NCBI GenBank assembly: GCA_000004695.1
Contig: CM000151.3
Coordinates: forward strand, 5,376,001 to 5,440,000
Direction of reading: 5' to 3'
Length of the DNA: 64,000 bases
From: Dictyostelium discoideum
Taxonomy: Eukaryota
Part shown: piece by piece, positions 44,542 to 57,753 of the stretch
Layout of the letters: the number at the start of each line of letters is the position of its first letter
Numbering within the stretch: the stretch's first letter is position 1
Notes under the pieces: model-generated
The model's database searches: none
Told to the model about the DNA's origin: nothing
What the model saw: the letters and a program-made list of their open reading frames with translations, nothing else
Program-made: the position numbers and the translations under genes

Positions 44542-45421
44542 TTAATTATTTTTTATTTTTTTTTTTATTTTTTTAATTTTTTTTTTTTGTTTTTTTTTGT
44601 TTTTTTTTTTTTTTTTTTTTTTTAAAAATTTATATTGGGGTGAAAAATCTCTTGGGGAATTAACAAGACCTTTTCCTTTTCTAGCACCTTTATAAACAGT
44701 CTCAATGATATCAATCATATCTTGTTTATTTGTTAGTGCCCAATTAACTTTTTTTTTAAATTTTTTTTTTTTTTTTTTTTTTTTAATAATATAAAATAAA
44801 AAGTTAGTTACCAATTTTTTTTTTTTTTTTTTGGTTTTTTGGTTTTTTGGTACTTACTTTTATTATTATTACCAGTACCTAAATCGACCATAATATGTTT
44901 ATTTCTATAAAAAAACATAGTTGGGCAATCGTCATATAACTCATACATTGAATTTAAATCTGGGACTTCTGTAATATCAACCTAAAAGTTTTTTTTTTTT
45001 TTTAAAAAAAATATTTTATTTTTTTTTTTTTAAAAATTATTATTAAAGTTTTAATTAAAGTTAGAAAGTCAGTTAAAAATTATAAAAATAATTAAAAACA
45101 AATGAAAAAAATTCACACAGAATACACACCATTCCCATGATAAAGTTTATTTTATTTTTATTATTATTTTTTAATTTATTTTATTTTAATTCATAAAATT
45201 TTTATACATATAATTCAAAAATCATTTTTGAAAATTCTAAAATTAAAAGGTGAAATAATTATACTTACCACATAAATTACAGCCATATTTTTAACTTTCT
45301 CTGCAATTGATGCTAAAATATCATCTTGTTTCATACATTCCGGATTATAATCATGGCCAAAACGTATAACTACAACTCTATCTTCTTCAGTGGACAATTG
45401 CTTGATCAATAGCCCACCCAT
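44542..45421 (-). CDS. DIM1 / thioredoxin-like protein 4A (U5 snRNP 15 kDa). Minus-strand exons 45269..45421, 44858..44981, 44542..44747.
   Basis: The spliced product MGGLLIKQLSTEEDRVVVIRFGHDYNPECMKQDDILASIAEKVKNMAVIYV|VDITEVPDLNSMYELYDDCPTMFFYRNKHIMVDLGTGNNNK-I-NWALTNKQDMIDIIETVYKGARKGKGLVNSPRDFSPQYKF aligns along its length to human TXNL4A/DIM1 (..EEDRVVVIRFGHDWDPTCMKMDEVLYSIAEKVKNFAVIYLVDITEVPDFNKMYELYDPCTVMFFFRNKHIMIDLGTGNNNKINWAMEDKQEMVDIIETVYRGARKGRGLVVSPKDYSTKYRY). Donors are GTAAGT at 45268 and 44857; phases are 0 then 1. As read, the frame continues through an A-run as a lysine-rich tail of about 22 aa before the stop at 44542. The true stop or 3' end is therefore uncertain. Confidence 0.8.
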
Positions 45422-45844
45422 TTGGAAGATGTGTTAATAAATATGACAAAATAATAATAATAATAATAATAATAATATTAAAAAAAAAGAGGTTTAGTTT
45501 AAGTTGGTTGTTTATAAAAATAAAAAAATAAAAAATAAAAAATTAAAAAAATGAAAAAAAAAAAAAAAAAAAAATTAAAAACTTTTTTTATTTTATTTTT
45601 ATTTTTTTTTTTTTTTTTTTTTTTTAATTTTTTTTTTTAAGATTTAATTACAATAAAAATAAATTTTTTTTTTTTTTTTTTTTATTGTCTTTTAATTTTT
45701 TTTTTTTTTTTTTTAAAATCCATTGTGTTAAAAACTTTATTTATTTTTTTTTTTTTAAAAAAAAAAAAATAACTATACAAAATAATCAAGTTGATAATAA
45801 ATAAAATAAAAACTATAACCAAATAAAATAAAAAACATAAAAAA

Positions 45845-48350
<2,506 letters not shown>

Positions 48351-48565
48351 ACTAGTAACAAATAAAAAAGAAAGAATAAATAGTTTAAAATTTCGTTTCT
48401 TATTTTTTTTTTTTTTTTTTTTTTTCTATTTTTATTTTATTTAAATTTTATATCACAGATTTGTAAATTTTTAAATCTTTAGATTTATATAAATATTTTT
48501 TTTTTTTTTTTTATTAAAACATAATTTATTTATTTATTATTTATTATTTATTATTATTTTTTTTT

Positions 48566-49954
48566 TTAAAGTTTAGCAGCATTTGGTTTTGAAGATAAGA
48601 ATCTACCGAGAACAAAAGCACCAGCACGAGCACCTTCAGATAAAGCGATAGCACCAGAAATCATCATTTCAATGGTTGGATCTACAGAACCTTTTGGAAG
48701 AGCTTTGAAGGTATTGATAGTTTTGTTATCGAGGACTTCCCAATTTCTGAGGATATTACCTTCTTGAGTTAAATCCATAGCGATGTGAACGTAGAAACCA
48801 GCACTTTCCATCATACTACGATAGGACATGAGAGAACCCATATGTGGAACAGAGTGATGAGCACAAATTGGTTCAATGAATTGAACGATATCTTTTTCAG
48901 TTGGTTTTTCACATTGTAACCATTCAGAACCAGACATACGACCACCTGGTTTTAAAACTCTGTAACATTCTTTGATGAAAGCTTGTTTATCTGGCATATG
49001 ACAAGTGGATTCAAAGAAAGTGACAACGTCAAAGGTGTTATCTGGGTATGGCATTTTCATGGCATCACCATGATCGAATGAGGCACGGTCAGAGACACCG
49101 AGGTCTTTGGCTCTTTGGGTGGCAATACCGACTTGTTTCTTATTGATGTTAAGACCACGGATTTTGCAACCAGTGTATTGACAGATTTCGAGGGTTGGAC
49201 CACCAACACCACAACCTACATCCAATACTAAACTGTCCTTGGTGATACGAGCGGAATCGGCAACAGAGTGTTCTAAACGTTTGACGGCGGTTTCTAATGG
49301 TTCAGTATCGGTTTTGAATGGAGCGAAATGGAAATGATTACCCCAACCACTTTGGTAGGTTTCAGTGACGATATCATAGTAATCACTGACCATGGTGTTG
49401 TAGTTTTCGACACGTTTCTCTTCCTTTAAACGGACACCTTCGAATTTTTCATCCTTGACAACGTCTTCTTGTGGGGCGATCTTAACGATTGAACCAGTTT
49501 CAACGGTTTTCTTGATTGATTCGAGGAAGGCATTCCAGGTGTGGGTCATTTCACGATTACCCATAGTACGAGCAAAACCAACTAAAAGTTTTGGAATTTC
49601 AATATCGGTTTCAATGTTGGCTTCTGCTGATAATGTGCATTTGTTGGCACCAGTTGATACAATGGTGTATTTACCATAGGATGACATGTTACCTCCTGTC
49701 ATGTTTTCCCATTGAACGGTGGTGGCGTTAACTTTGGTGTATTTGGCAATGTGAGTGGCTTTCATTTGAATTGAACCAACTTTACGTTCTTGCATGGTCC
49801 ATTTGTAGGTATTGGCATTAACCTTTACAACACTATCAACAAATGGATAACATTTGGCAACTGTTGGTACATCTAAAAGGAATGCAATAACTTTTTCTGC
49901 TGATTGATTAATTTCAATTGGTTTTGATTGATGATTAGTTTGAATTAATACCAT
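48566..49954 (-). CDS. SAM-dependent methyltransferase of the sterol 24-C-methyltransferase (SMT/ERG6) family, carrying an additional N-terminal domain of about 175 aa.
   Basis: It is a single 462-aa ORF. The C-terminal 280 aa carry SMT hallmarks: YQSGWGNHFHFAP (region I YEYGWGxSFHF), LDVGCGVGGP (SAM motif I), FDVVTFFESTCHMP (FDxVYxIEATCHAP) and YRVLKPGG. The N-terminal approximately 175 aa (VIAFLLDVPTVAKCYPFVDSVVKVNANTYKWTM...) is not part of canonical SMTs. Third codon positions are strongly C-biased, the Dictyostelium high-expression codon usage. Confidence 0.75.
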   Translation of the reverse strand: MVLIQTNHQSKPIEINQSAEKVIAFLLDVPTVAKCYPFVDSVVKVNANTYKWTMQERKVGSIQMKATHIAKYTKVNATTVQWENMTGGNMSSYGKYTIVSTGANKCTLSAEANIETDIEIPKLLVGFARTMGNREMTHTWNAFLESIKKTVETGSIVKIAPQEDVVKDEKFEGVRLKEEKRVENYNTMVSDYYDIVTETYQSGWGNHFHFAPFKTDTEPLETAVKRLEHSVADSARITKDSLVLDVGCGVGGPTLEICQYTGCKIRGLNINKKQVGIATQRAKDLGVSDRASFDHGDAMKMPYPDNTFDVVTFFESTCHMPDKQAFIKECYRVLKPGGRMSGSEWLQCEKPTEKDIVQFIEPICAHHSVPHMGSLMSYRSMMESAGFYVHIAMDLTQEGNILRNWEVLDNKTINTFKALPKGSVDPTIEMMISGAIALSEGARAGAFVLGRFLSSKPNAAKL

Positions 49955-50167
49955 TTTATTTTTTTTTGTTTTTTTAATTTAAAGGGTTATTGTATTTTGG
50001 TAGGAAAAAAAAAAAATAATAAATTATTTATAAATATAAATTATTTGAAATCCTTAAAAGACTCGGTTTGTTTTTAGATTATATTTATTTAAAAATTATT
50101 GATTTAAATTGAAATTTATTTATTTATAAAAATAAAAAAAACTCGTTTGCCGTTGAACAATGAAAAG

Positions 50168-50199
<32 letters not shown>

Positions 50200-50237
50200 A
50201 AAAAAAATCAGTCGAAAAAAAAAAAAAATAAAAAAAA

Positions 50238-50303
50238 AAAATAAAAATAAAAATAAAAAAAAAATATTTTTAAAATATCTAACAAGCCATCAATCACCAC
50301 CTC

Positions 50304-50344
<41 letters not shown>

Positions 50345-50352
50345 ATTAAAAT
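50238..50352. repeat. Direct repeat copy A; copy B is at about 51563..51676. Each is about 115 bp and imperfect.
   Basis: A: ...aataaaaataaaaaaaaaatatttttaaaatatctaaca-agccatcaatcaccacctcc-(A)37-taattaaaatt. B: ...aataaaaataaaaaaaaatatttttaaaatatctaacacagtgtaagccatcaatcaccacccc-(A)26-taattaaaatt. The shared non-homopolymer core tatttttaaaatatctaaca...agccatcaatcaccacc is unlikely to arise by chance in this background. The two copies bracket the disrupted zinc-finger locus. Confidence 0.7.
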
Positions 50353-50496
50353 TTCAAGTAATCCTTTTAAATTTACTAAATTATCTAATAATCCAAAATT
50401 AAAGCTTTTTTTTTTTTAAAAAAAAAAATAAAAAAAATAAATATTGATAACTTTTTACTTTTTTTTTTTTTATTTGATTAAATTATAAATACATAC

Positions 50497-50668
50497 TTGT
50501 GTTGTTCTACTAAATGTGTTGTTACACTTGATCTATCACCTTTAAATGTTGCTGGACACATTGGACAAATACATGTAAAATTTAGATTTATTCTTTCAGA
50601 ATGTTGTTATTCTAAAATTGAATTCTGTTTTTATTTTGTATTTGGTTAATAAAAACTTTAATTCTAAA

Positions 50669-50700
<32 letters not shown>

Positions 50701-51177
50701 AAACTTACCAATTGACCAGTTTGTAATTTTCTTCTAATGTCACCAAGTAAATAATAGTTTGTAACAGGTTCAGATTTTGAAGTTTGAGTTTGAACGACTG
50801 TTGTAAATTCTGTTAGTGGTTTACCAACAACAATTGCTTTTTCCAATTGGTTCTAAATAACCAACTAAATTTGTAATTTCATTAACATCAGCAATAACAA
50901 ATTTATGTTGATTGAAAATGTGTTCTAATATAGTTCTAGATTAAAATTCAAAATGAGAACATAATAAACATGGATATTTAATACCAGTAGTGTTTGTGTT
51001 GCTTGATACTACCGATGATGTTGATTCTGCATCTGATGCACTTAATCTTCTGCATCTGATGCACTTAATCTTCTGAATCTGATTGATTAATATTTAAATT
51101 ACTAATTGAACCTATTGTTGTTATTGTTATAGTTGTTGAATTTGTTGTTGCTGGGGTTATAATGGTTGGTATTTGTA

Positions 51178-51276
<99 letters not shown>

Positions 51277-51337
51277 AATCAAATGTTAATGATGATTTTA
51301 ATGGTTCAACAGTAGGCCATTTACTCCAATCTTGCAT
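50497..51337 (-). pseudogene. Disrupted REI1/ZNF622-like C2H2 zinc-finger locus, probably a pseudogene or gene fragment.
   Basis: Minus-strand segments encode (a) MQDWSKWPTVEPLKSSLTFDF-N32-...NINQSDSED*; (b) ...DAESTSSVVSSNTNTTGIKYPCLLCSHFEF*SRTILEHIFNQHKFVIADVNEITNLVGYLEPIGK..., a C-x2-C-x12-H-x4-H finger with an in-frame TAA at the x12 position, which aligns to the ZNF622 finger CLFCSHHSSSLMKNVAHMTKDHSFFIPDIEYLSDIKGLIKYLGEK; (c) a second finger ...NFTCICPMCPATFKGDRSSVTTHLVEQH (50497..50592). The three segments are in different frames. None of the candidate GT/AG junctions I examined joins them without creating a stop, though I did not enumerate every possible junction. There is no C-terminal REI1 region downstream. 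A perfect 23-bp tandem duplication (51028..51073) lies between (a) and (b). Confidence 0.5.
51028..51073. repeat. Perfect 23-bp tandem duplication (tgcatctgatgcacttaatcttc, two copies) plus a degenerate partial third copy.
   Basis: A direct read: 51028-51050 equals 51051-51073, and the following bases tgaatctgat repeat the start of the unit with one mismatch. The unit contains an inverted repeat, TGCATC-t-GATGCA. The length is not a multiple of 3, so a copy-number change shifts the frame. Confidence 0.9.
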
Positions 51338-51562
51338 TTTTAATTTATAAATTTATATGTGTGAAAATGAATGTTTACAATAAATGAATAAACAAGGAAC
51401 TGTAATTTTGAGAAAAATAAAAAATTTTAGATTAAACTAGTGTTCGCCAATTTCCGGAAAAAAATTCAAATTATGGTGGAAAATGGAAAATGGAAGATTT
51501 TCCACCATATTTATAAATAATAGAATTAATTGGAAAAAAGATTATAAAAAAAAAAAAAATAG

Positions 51563-51676
51563 AAAAAATAAAAATAAAAAAAAATATTTTTAAAATATCT
51601 AACACAGTGTAAGCCATCAATCACCACCCCAAAAAAAAAAAAAAAAAAAAAAAAAAATAATTAAAATTACTGTAAT
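51563..51676. repeat. Direct repeat copy B, partner of 50238..50352.
   Basis: See copy A. Confidence 0.7.
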
Positions 51677-51802
51677 TTTTGGGATAGCAACACTTTATTT
51701 TTTATTAAAACTTGGCATTACCAAAATAACCAAAAAAAAAAAAAAAAAAAAATTAAGGTGTACTTAATAAGATAATTTTAGGATAAAAAAAATTAAAACA
51801 TT

Positions 51803-51837
<35 letters not shown>

Positions 51838-52575
51838 TAAGTCCTCTTTTTGTATACTTAAATTTGCAACTCCAGTATCTTAATTCCTTTTATGTTTTTG
51901 AAATAAAATTTTTTTGTTAGTTTTGATTTTTTTAAATCTTGAAAAATTATTAAGGTTATATTTTTTACTTTTCAATATTATAATTATTATTATTATTTTT
52001 TACTTTTCAATATTATTATTATTAATATTTTATCACAATTTATTTTTTTCAATTTTTTTTTTTTTTTTTTTTTTTTAAAAAATTTTTATTAAAAAAAAAA
52101 ATTTTTGAAATTATCCAAATCTTTTTTTTTTTTTTCTTTTTTTTTTTTTTTAAAAAATTAACACCACAACAACCACCCAAACCTCACACCTTTTTCTTTT
52201 TTTCTTTTTTTTTCTTTTTTTTTCCACATATCCTTTTTATTTATATTCTTTTTCTTTTGTAATACTTTGGTTATAAGAAAAGATATCACAATAAAAAAAA
52301 AAACACAAAAAAAAAAAAAACACAAAAAAAAACAAAAAAAAAAAAACAACACAACTCATACTCACTGCCACACCACACCTCGCATCTTTCACTCACACCC
52401 TTCAACTGTTTAAACACTACATATATCATCTATATATATATTTTTTTTTTTCATTCACATACAATTGTATATTTTTTCCTTTTTTTTTTTTTTTTTTTTT
52501 TTTGTTTTTTTCCTCTTATAAACAATTATTTAATTTTATTATTTTAAATATTTTTTTTCTTCTTTCAAATAAAAA

Positions 52576-54860
52576 ATGTCGGCAACCAAAATTCACAACA
52601 GTTATAACGATGTGTAAGTAAAATTTTTTTTTTTTTATTTATTTTTTTTTAATAATACATATTTCTTTTTTATTTTTTTATTTTTCTCTTTTTCTTTTTA
52701 TTTTTTTTTATTTTTTTTGTTATTTTTCATAAAAAATAAACAAATATATAAATAAAAAAAAAAAAAAACTAATATTAAATTTTTTTTATTTATTTTTTTT
52801 ATTTAAATAGACCATCAGCAGTTTTACATATTAGATCAATTCCACAAGGTACAACAGAAAATGATTTATTTAAAATTACATTTGATCATAAATTTGGAAA
52901 ATGTGTTTCAGTTAGAATTTTAGAAAGATTTCATCAAGCACTTTTAGAGATGGATTCAGTTGAGAGTGCAACCAGACTTTTGAAATACAGCCAAAAGAAT
53001 TCATTACTTTTACACGGTAAACCAGTTCAAATCTCTTTCTCAAAAAGTCAATCAATCAATCAACCAACACCACAATCACCAACCAATACCACCACCACCA
53101 CTAATACTACCTCATCATCATCATCATCTCACCGTTCATCACCATCATCATCATCTTATAATGGATTACCACAAGCTGGTAGTCGTCAATCAAATTTTTC
53201 ACCAAATACAAATAATAGTGCACCAATTGCAGGTACAGTATTATTAAGTACAATTGAAAATCCAGGTTCAAACAGTATTACAATCGATCACCTTTATCAT
53301 GTATTCTCTTCATGTGGTGAGGTATTGAGAATCGTTATGTTTAACAAGAACAATTTACAAGCCCTCATTGAATTTTCAACTGTTGAAAGTGCACTCCATG
53401 CAAAGAAAACACTTTCAAATCATAGTCTTTTCCATGGTGGTCAATGTACATTGAAATTAGAGGTCTCAAAAACTGATCGTTTAAATATCACTCAAAATAC
53501 AGACAGAGCAAAGGATTTCTCAAAATCATTACCAACAGTTAATCAATCATCATCATCATCATCACAACAACAATCTTATTATCAATCTAATGGTAATAAT
53601 AACAATAATAATCAACAACAACAACATAGTAATAATCATCACCACCAATCATCATCATCACCATCTCAAGGCAGTCATCACCATCATCACAATAATAACA
53701 ACAACAATAATCACCATAGTCATCATCATTCATCACCATCACAACATCCACATCATAGTGGATCAGTTTCAACTAATCAACAAATTGGTAATCATCATAG
53801 TCATCATCATGGACATAACCATCATGGTGGTAGTCATCATCATCATAATCATCAAAATGGTGGCAATATTGGTCATCATAGAACCACAGTGTTATTAGTA
53901 CATGGTCTTGATGAAGCTGTTATGACATGTGATCGTATTTTCAATCTTTTCTGTGTCTATGGTAACGTACAAAGAGTAAAGATTCTTTCATCCAAAAAAG
54001 GTGCAGCATTGGTGCAAATGGAAGATGTTCAACAAGCAGAAGCAGTCATTAGATTCTATCACCAAATGCCACTATTCAAAGATACCCTTCAAATCAATTA
54101 CTCCAAACATCTATCAATCACAGATTCTCACAATCCAGAATCACCAACACTCTCAAAGGATTTTGCTCAATCCAATTTGAATCGTTTCACTCATCCAATC
54201 AATACCTACAAACATTTGTATAAACCATCACAAACTTTATACTTTTCAAATGTTCCAAAGGATTTCACAGAGACAAATTTCAATCAATTATTCCAATCTT
54301 TAAACCTTCAAAAACCAGTTGGTTTCAAAATCTTCTCTGCTCAATTGGCCCCTGGTGCTTCATCAGTACCAACTGTCGCTTCACCAACCACTCCAACTGG
54401 TGTTGTCACTGGTGTCTCTTCACCAAGTGTCAATGGTGGCGGTGCTGGTAGTGGTGCTTCAACTGTTGGTACAAACATTGCCAATAACACTACTACCTCT
54501 GTAAATGGAATTAGTAGTAATAGCTCAACACCTGAACCATCAAAACATGCCGATAAAATCGTTGGTCTTTTAGAGTTCTCTTCACCAGCTAATGCAATCG
54601 ATGCTTTGGTACTTTTAAATAACTCTGTTTTACCAAATTCAAATCATATGGGTTTAAGACTTTCATTTAGTAACTCTACAGTTTTACCAAAATCTTCAAC
54701 AAGTAATAATAATAATAATAATACTAATAACACCACCACCACTTCCACCAACACCAATAATAATAATAGCAACAATATCGCCTCACCACAACAACCACAA
54801 CAATTCCAACAACCACAACAACCACAACAACAATCTCCAACAACTCAAAAACTTTTTTAA
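52576..54860 (+). CDS. Polypyrimidine tract-binding protein / hnRNP-L-like protein with four PTB-type RRMs. Exons 52576..52613, 52811..54860.
   Basis: Exon 1 MSATKIHNSYND ends at GTAAGT at 52614. An AG at 52809-52810 and phase 2 give V-PSAVLHIRSIPQGTTENDLFKI...QALLEMDSVESATRLLKYSQKNSLLLHGKPVQISFSKSQ (compare PTBP1 SRVIHIRKLP...[41 protein letters not shown]). RRM2 is ITIDHLYHVFSSCGEVLRIVMFNKNNLQALIEF; RRM3 is VLLVHGLDEAVMTCDRIFNLFCVYGNVQRVKILSSKKGAALVQMED; RRM4 is TLYFSNVPKDFTETNFNQLF...IVGLLEFSSPANAIDALVLLNN. A His/Gln/Ser-rich low-complexity insert lies between RRM2 and RRM3. Confidence 0.85.
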
Positions 54861-54951
54861 ATTTTCTGTCTCAAATTTTTTTTTTTTAAAAACAAAAAAA
54901 AAAAAAAAAAAATACCTTTTTTCCATAAAAAACAAATATAAAAAAAAAACC

Positions 54952-54983
<32 letters not shown>

Positions 54984-55260
54984 AAAAAATAAATAATCAT
55001 ATATAATAATATCATATATAATCGACTAAAAACAAAATAAAAATAAAAATAAAAATAAAAAAAATAATTAAAAAGAAAAAAAAAAAACTAAATATTTTTT
55101 TTTTAAAACTTTTTTTTCTTTATTTCTTTTTTTTTTTTTTTTTTTTTTCTTTTTTTTTTTATGTTTAATACAAAAAAGATTGGTATTACAAATATAGATA
55201 GTATTCTTTTTATCTTGATTTTTTTTTAATTATTTATCATAATGTTTTTTTTTTTTTCTT

Positions 55261-55501
55261 TTATAAAATTAAAACTAATAAAACTGATAAAATTAAAACC
55301 ATAATACTGATTTGATTTCTAGTGGCACTACCTTCAAAAGTTCCATTAACATTTTTAACCAATTGGAAATCAGTTAAATTGAATGCTCTATGATCCCAAA
55401 GATCACTTTGCATTCCAAATGAAATTTCAAATTTATTTGGATTATCTTCGCAATAACTATAGTTTAAAAATAATAAAATAAAATTAATTGGTTTTAATTT
55501 T

Positions 55502-55535
<34 letters not shown>

Positions 55536-56380
55536 ACTTACTTAATAATATAAAGATAAGAATCAAAAATATCTTGAATTGAAGATAAATCAAATTTCTT
55601 TTCAAAATTTGGATAATAACGAATATAAATACTTTCTCTATTACCATTATAGAATAAACCATCAGTTGGAGTGAAATCTAATTTTTCCATGTAAAAATTT
55701 TTATCGAAACCAATTTCTTCTAATTTACGAACAGATTCACTATTGTTTTGAAGGTTACATGGAGTGATTCTAATATTGAAATCACCGGCTGGGAAGAGAG
55801 CCTTTGCCCAAGCACATTTTGAATGGAGTGCATATTTATCAGGTACACGACGACTAGTTCTAAAACCTGGATTAAAATCACATTTATAACCGGCTTGTGC
55901 TTTAATTCTAGAGTAAACTACTGGTTCATAGACTTTGGTTTCACCAAATCCTTTGGTAGGTTTCATAAATCTACTCCATGATTCAACCATGTCAACTGGT
56001 TTATCAACCATTGTATCAATGTCAAATACTGTTGAGAAATCTACACTACAATAGATTTCCTCTGCGTTATAGGTGATGGTACCATTGGAAAAAACTTGAA
56101 GACAATCAATTTCATAAACAAAACGTGATAATTCCTTTTTAAGTGATGGTTGACAATTGAAATTAACTGGATAATTAAATACTACATCTCCAGAAAAATA
56201 TAATTTAGCACCAAATGGTATTTGTATTATATCTTCACTTGTAAATTTATCTTGAGTAAAATAATATTGTTGTGATGTCTCATTACATGATGTTGCAGTT
56301 AATCCACCAATTGTACAATTATCTGATTTAACTTTATTAAAAATAAATAATAATAATGTTAAATAAAAAATTATTCTCAT
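55261..56380 (-). CDS. Secreted, probably GPI-anchored, glycoprotein. Minus-strand exons 55542..56380, 55261..55456.
   Basis: The N-terminus MRIIFYLTLLLFIFNKVKS is a signal peptide. Exon 1 ends ...YLYII + aa, with GTAAGT at 55541. A minus-strand AG ending at 55457 and phase 2 give N-YCEDNPNKFEISFGMQSDLWDHRAFNLTDFQLVKNVNGTFEGSATRNQISIMVLILSVLLVLIL*. This is a short hydrophilic spacer plus a hydrophobic tail, GPI-signal-like, with several N-x-S/T sites. I recognise no family. Confidence 0.6.
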
Positions 56381-57011
56381 TTTTATTTATTTTTTTTATA
56401 ATTTTTTTATAAAAAATATATATATTATTTTTTTATATTAATTAATAGTTTAATAATTTTTATTAATAATAATAATTGGTTTTATGTTAAAAAAAATTAA
56501 TTTTGGTTTTTTTTTTTTTTTTTTTTTTTTTTTGAATAAAAAAAAATAATTATAATTTTGTATTAAATATTTATTTATATCAAGTGTGTATTAGGTGTGT
56601 TGTGTGCGTGTGTGAGAGTGTGAATTACAATGTAGTAATATAATAAATTATTATTGAGAAAATAAAAAAATAAAGAAAAAAAAAAAGTTTTTTTTTTGTT
56701 TTTTTTTTTCTTTCTTTCTTTTTTTTTTTTTTTTTTATTTGGAATAATTATTTAAAATGATTAAAATTAAAATAAGTAAAACTCTTTTTTTTTTTTTTTT
56801 TCTTTTTTTTTTTTTATATTTTGGGTTTAAAAAAAAAAAATTTTTAAAAAAAAATATTTTTTTTAAAAAAAACAAAATTTTAAATAAATTGAAAATAGAT
56901 GAATTTTTTTTTAATAAAGTTTGAATTTTGTGTGGTTTAAACACTTTAAATGTTTTATTATTATTTGATTTTTTTTTTTACCAGCGAAAGGATGGATTGA
57001 TATTAATTAAA

Positions 57012-57044
<33 letters not shown>

Positions 57045-57242
57045 GTGGTTATTTTTTTTTTTTTTTTTTTTTTTTTTGATTTAACTATATATATATATTA
57101 ATAGTGTGCCATTATTGTTTTAAAATACACACTGAGATATGATAATTTTAAAGAGGTAATTTTTTTGAATTGTTTTATTTTTTTTTGGGTATATCAAATT
57201 GATTTAAAATAATTTACTTAAAACAAAAAAAAAAAAAAAAAT

Positions 57243-57273
<31 letters not shown>

Positions 57274-57529
57274 TTTTGTAAGGAAATATTTAAAAAACAA
57301 ATAAAATATAATATAAATGTTAGTGGTTTAATTTGTGTGTGTTATTAATTTTATAAATTTATTGTAAACAACATCTTATTATTTGAATGATTATAATATG
57401 TTTTATTTTATTAAAAAAAATAATATTGTTAAAAAAAAATATGTTCCTATATGTAATCTAGGGATATAAAAACAAAAAAATATAAAAAAATAAATTTAAA
57501 AAATATTTTAATAAAGGTTCTAGTTTTAG

Positions 57530-57569
<40 letters not shown>

Positions 57570-57700
57570 TTTTTTTTTTTTTTTATCACTATAAACGAAA
57601 AAATATTATAAGGTCTTAAATTCATATATGAATTATTAAAATTATTTTTTTATTATACAATTTTTTTTATTTTAATGGAATATACACAATTTTTGTATTA

Positions 57701-57753
<53 letters not shown>

